Part shown: positions 60,433 to 64,000 of the stretch, piece after piece
Numbering within the stretch: position 1 is the first letter of the stretch
How the letters are laid out: every line of letters starts with the position of its first letter
Origin: an uncultured Spirochaetota bacterium
Lineage (GTDB): Bacteria > Spirochaetota > Brevinematia > Brevinematales > JAOACQ01
Length of the DNA: 64,000 bases
Assembly (NCBI GenBank): GCA_963783575.1
Contig: CAWAOD010000018.1
Coordinates: 1-64,000, forward strand
Reading direction: 5' to 3'
Position numbers and translations under genes: made by a program
Notes under the pieces: generated by a model
Told to the model about the DNA's origin: nothing
Database searches by the model: none
The model's input: only the letters and a program-made list of their open reading frames with translations

Positions 60433-62256
60433 ATGACAAATAAAAAATACATTTTTATAACCGGTGGCGTATGTTCATCGCTAGGGAAGGGTATAACGGC
60501 CGCATCAATCGGTGTTCTTCTTAAATCTGCCGGATATAAGATCAATATGATGAAAATAGATCCATATCTGAATGTTGATGCGGGAACTATGAGCCCATAC
60601 CAGCATGGTGAAGTTTATGTAACAAACGATGGGGCTGAAACAGATCTTGATCTGGGTAATTATGAAAGATTTGTCAGGGTCGAAACCTCAAAATTAAGCA
60701 GTCTTACAACAGGGCAGGTATATCAAGCGGTAATCGATGCGGAAAGAAGAGGTGATTATTTAGGTGAAACTGTTCAGGTGATTCCTCATATCACTGAAGA
60801 AATTAAAAGAAGGATCCGCATATTAGACGAGGGTAAAGATTCGGAAATAATAATTGTTGAACTGGGAGGTACGGTCGGCGACATTGAAGGACTGCCTTTT
60901 ATAGAAGCTGTCAGGCAGTTTGCAATTGAGGAAGGCAAGCAGAATGTTAAATTCGGCCATCTGACCCTTGTTCCGACAATTAAAGGCTCAGGGGAATTAA
61001 AAACAAAACCGTCTCAGCATTCTGTAAAAGAGCTTATGTCAATGGGTATTCAGCCGGATTTTCTTTTCTGCCGGTCGGATGTAATGATGCCCGAATCTTT
61101 AAAAACCAAAATGGCTTTATACTGTAACATCGAGGAAGACTGCATTTTTTCTGCTATAGATGTGAAGAAAACAATCCATGAGGTTCCATTGAGATTTCAT
61201 CAGCAGGGTGCCGACAAAAAAATACTTGAAAAGTTTGGGCTTCCATATAAAAAGCCCGATTTAACAAAGTGGAAAAAAATGGTTGATATTGAAATGAATT
61301 CTACTGAAACGGTAAATGTCGCCCTTATCGGGAAATACATCAATCTTGAAGACACTTATAAAAGCATTGATGCAGCACTGAAGCATGGCGGTATTGCTAA
61401 TAAAGTCTGTGTTGATATTAAAAAAGTAGACGCTGAGTTTTATGATGCCGAAATGATCGATGAGGGAATATTAAAAAGAGCAGCTATCGATTATTTTGAA
61501 AACATGATACTAAATAGAATTTTCAATGAAGAAGACAAAAATTTTATCGAAACGGTTTATACAAAAGACAGTGCAAACAATTACTATATAATTTCCGATT
61601 GCATATCAAACGATGAAAAGAGCAGAATAAAAGAGATATTAAGGTTTATAGGTTTTAAAAGCCTTATCTCTACCGATATTGATGCGATTCTTATCCCTGG
61701 TGGGTTCGGAAACCGAGGTATTGAAGGTAAAATAAAAGCCGTTCATTATGCAAGAGAACAGAAAATCCCGATTTTTGGAATTTGTCTGGGCCTTCAGAGT
61801 ATGGTAATTGAATATTCCAGATACATTTGTAATATTTCAAACGCTACTTCCAGGGAATTTGACCCGACTGCCGAAAATCCAGTTATTGAACTTCTGGCTA
61901 ACTTAAAGGGAATTAAATACATGGGTGGAACTATGCGTAAAGGCGCGGCAAAATCAAAAATCAAAAAGGATACGCTCGCATATAAGATTTATCAGAAAGA
62001 CGAGATAGAAGAACGACACCGCCACCGTTATGAAGTTAACCCCGATTATGTAGAAACTCTGGAAAAGCATGGTCTTATTTTTGGGGCTTTTGCAGAAGGT
62101 GGGCTTGTTGAAATGGTAGAATTAAAAGACCATCCCTGGTTTTTCGGAGGGCAGTTTCATCCCGAGTTTAAATCCTCCCCAATAGACCCACACCCTGTGT
62201 TTGTATCATTTATTGATGCGGCAATAAAATATAAAAATAATAAATCAGAAAAATAA
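60433..62256 (+). CDS. pyrG: CTP synthase with ~63-aa insertion
   Basis: [64 protein letters not shown]. Confidence 0.98.
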   Translation: MTNKKYIFITGGVCSSLGKGITAASIGVLLKSAGYKINMMKIDPYLNVDAGTMSPYQHGEVYVTNDGAETDLDLGNYERFVRVETSKLSSLTTGQVYQAVIDAERRGDYLGETVQVIPHITEEIKRRIRILDEGKDSEIIIVELGGTVGDIEGLPFIEAVRQFAIEEGKQNVKFGHLTLVPTIKGSGELKTKPSQHSVKELMSMGIQPDFLFCRSDVMMPESLKTKMALYCNIEEDCIFSAIDVKKTIHEVPLRFHQQGADKKILEKFGLPYKKPDLTKWKKMVDIEMNSTETVNVALIGKYINLEDTYKSIDAALKHGGIANKVCVDIKKVDAEFYDAEMIDEGILKRAAIDYFENMILNRIFNEEDKNFIETVYTKDSANNYYIISDCISNDEKSRIKEILRFIGFKSLISTDIDAILIPGGFGNRGIEGKIKAVHYAREQKIPIFGICLGLQSMVIEYSRYICNISNATSREFDPTAENPVIELLANLKGIKYMGGTMRKGAAKSKIKKDTLAYKIYQKDEIEERHRHRYEVNPDYVETLEKHGLIFGAFAEGGLVEMVELKDHPWFFGGQFHPEFKSSPIDPHPVFVSFIDAAIKYKNNKSEK

Positions 62257-62279
62257 TTTTAAACTAAGGTTTAATATAA

Positions 62280-63134
62280 ATGATAATTATTGAAAAGCCG
62301 CTTGAAATGCAGGAAATTTGCGCAAGAATTAAGTTTAAAAACAAATCAATCGGTTTAATTCCAACAATGGGCGCGCTTCATGACGGACATATCAGCCTGG
62401 TACATGCTTCAAAGAAGGAGAATGATTTAACCATTGTAAGTATATTTATCAACCCCATACAATTTGGCCCGGCGGAAGATTTTAAAAAATATCCGAGAAC
62501 TTTTGAAAACGACTGCAAACTGCTGGAAAAAGAAAAAACCGATTATTTATTTTTCCCTTCAAATGAATTAATGTATGGAAAAACTTATGAAACATATGTC
62601 GAATTATCAAAGCTCCCGAATCATCTCTGCGGCCTTCGCAGGGAAGGCCATTTTAGGGGTGTGACGACTGTAGTAACAAAATTTTTCAATATTGTCAAAC
62701 CTTCAAGAGCATATTTTGGAAAAAAAGATTATCAACAGGCTTTAATATTGAAAAAAATGGCCGAAGACCTGAATATGGATGTAGAAATCCGGATGATGCC
62801 GATTTTCAGGGAACCGGACGGATTGGCAATGAGTTCAAGGAATAGTTACCTTAAAGATAACAAAAGAAAAGACGCTCTTATTCTATATCGATCATTGGAG
62901 CTTGTCAAAAAAATCTTTTCAGATGGGGAAAGAAAATCTGAAACAGTTATTCGGGAAATGGAAAAATTCATTCTTCAGAATGTCCCGTACGCAAAAATAG
63001 ATTATATTTCCATTGCAGACCCCGAAACACTTGAAGATCTTGAAATAATAAAAGAAAAAGCTGTTATTGCAGTTGCAGTTTTTATTTCTAATGTCCGCCT
63101 CATCGATAACATCGAAATTTCAGTAACCCCATAA
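62280..63134 (+). CDS. panC: Pantoate--beta-alanine ligase
   Basis: PTMGALHDGH, NPIQF, FGKKDYQQ, GLAMSSRN, RLIDN. Confidence 0.98.
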   Translation: MIIIEKPLEMQEICARIKFKNKSIGLIPTMGALHDGHISLVHASKKENDLTIVSIFINPIQFGPAEDFKKYPRTFENDCKLLEKEKTDYLFFPSNELMYGKTYETYVELSKLPNHLCGLRREGHFRGVTTVVTKFFNIVKPSRAYFGKKDYQQALILKKMAEDLNMDVEIRMMPIFREPDGLAMSSRNSYLKDNKRKDALILYRSLELVKKIFSDGERKSETVIREMEKFILQNVPYAKIDYISIADPETLEDLEIIKEKAVIAVAVFISNVRLIDNIEISVTP

Positions 63135-63135
63135 A

Positions 63136-63999
63136 TTACTCAATATTATCGTTACTTGAAAATTCCGGATTTATGATGATATTTGTCTGGAAAGAACTTC
63201 GCTTTTTTTCATCAAAGCCGGAAACATTAAAGGATATATTTGTATTTTCATCATCAATTACGATAGTTACCGGTAATTCTAACTTTACTTCCTTGTTGAT
63301 TGGAATATCCGCTATAATATAATTGGTTATCCAGTTATAACCGGATATTTTTCTTGATTTATCATATTGAGCCTTATCCTTTTCAAGGATTGATCCGTTT
63401 ATTGTTATATTTATGACGACATTATAAGCGTTTGTTTCACCAAGGTTTTTGATTAAAATATTAGGTTTTAAGTTAGTAATCCATTCATTATTCAAATTTG
63501 TAATAATATCTGTTTCATTCGAATCTCTATTTGTATTAATATTAGAAATAAAATCAGTTATAAAGGTTTCTATTATTACCGGATTAAGAAAAGCGCCGGC
63601 TGTAAGCAGCGGCCTCAGCAATTTACCAGTTTCAATGGATAGAATATTTGTCACCGAATTGTGCATAATCATATCTTCGGCTATTACAAGAAAACCAGCC
63701 TTACCATTTTTCAAATCTTCTGCTGAATCAAATTTTAAAGAAAGATTTGTCGAGTACTTTGGAGGTAATAAGATATTACTTAATTGTGAAAATATTAGTC
63801 CCTGGCAATTTGATAATAAAGAAACAAAAATTCTGGTATTTTCAGCATAACCCCTTCCAGAATTTTTCAAATCAATGGAAATTTCCCCATGCTCTTCAGC
63901 ATTTATTTTATTTAATTCCTTTGTTTTAATTATTGAATTAATCGATAGTAGCGGAGGCTGAACCGATAGAGTAGGAATTTCAACAATAACCGGAGTGCT
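63136..63999 (-). CDS. 3' part of a hypothetical protein with Ig/CARDB-like segments (5' end outside window)
   Basis: Frame stays open to the window edge (STPVIVEIPTLSVQPP...IDLKNSGRGYAEN; IKNLGETNAYNV). Confidence 0.65.
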   Translation of the reverse strand, partial: STPVIVEIPTLSVQPPLLSINSIIKTKELNKINAEEHGEISIDLKNSGRGYAENTRIFVSLLSNCQGLIFSQLSNILLPPKYSTNLSLKFDSAEDLKNGKAGFLVIAEDMIMHNSVTNILSIETGKLLRPLLTAGAFLNPVIIETFITDFISNINTNRDSNETDIITNLNNEWITNLKPNILIKNLGETNAYNVVINITINGSILEKDKAQYDKSRKISGYNWITNYIIADIPINKEVKLELPVTIVIDDENTNISFNVSGFDEKKRSSFQTNIIINPEFSSNDNIE

Positions 64000-64000
64000 T

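Noticed and set aside
61468..61656. Mini-intein in PyrG
   Set aside because: Too short and lacks the N-terminal Cys/Ser, block B His and terminal His-Asn followed by Cys/Ser/Thr.

Overview
AT-rich bacterial chromosome segment. It is probably from a spirochaete, inferred from the tRNA-Thr/rpmG/tRNA-Trp/secE/nusG gene order, a DUF5312-like gene and a membrane-bound LuxR regulator; this is unverified. Bases 1-18 kb hold an uninterrupted minus-strand transcription/translation superoperon: tRNA-Thr, rpmG, tRNA-Trp, secE, nusG, rplKAJL, rpoBC, rpsLG, fusA, tuf, rpsJ, rplCDW. Bases 18-25 kb hold a pmbA...aroA operon. Bases 25-47 kb are an accessory region containing a paralogous membrane-protein pair, a GH2 beta-glucuronidase next to a glucuronokinase-like GHMP kinase, a LuxR / beta-propeller / AGE-epimerase lipoprotein / catalytically dead serine-hydrolase lipoprotein / MEMO-AMMECR1 fusion / GNAT cluster, a divergent membrane pyrophosphatase and a GH13 enzyme. 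After that come a complete IS1182 element and housekeeping genes (patatin, HI0933 family, ricT, hflX, dedA, tRNA-Thr, pyrG with a ~63-aa insert, panC). Several single-base indels break essential genes (fusA, rpsG), so the assembly is probably error-prone and single-residue oddities should be treated cautiously. The best leads are a possible bacterial glucuronate salvage module, the exported pseudo-enzyme/epimerase cluster, heptamer repeats placed after stop codons, a dispersed CAAGCG-N3-CGCTTG palindrome, and the domain inserted into PyrG.
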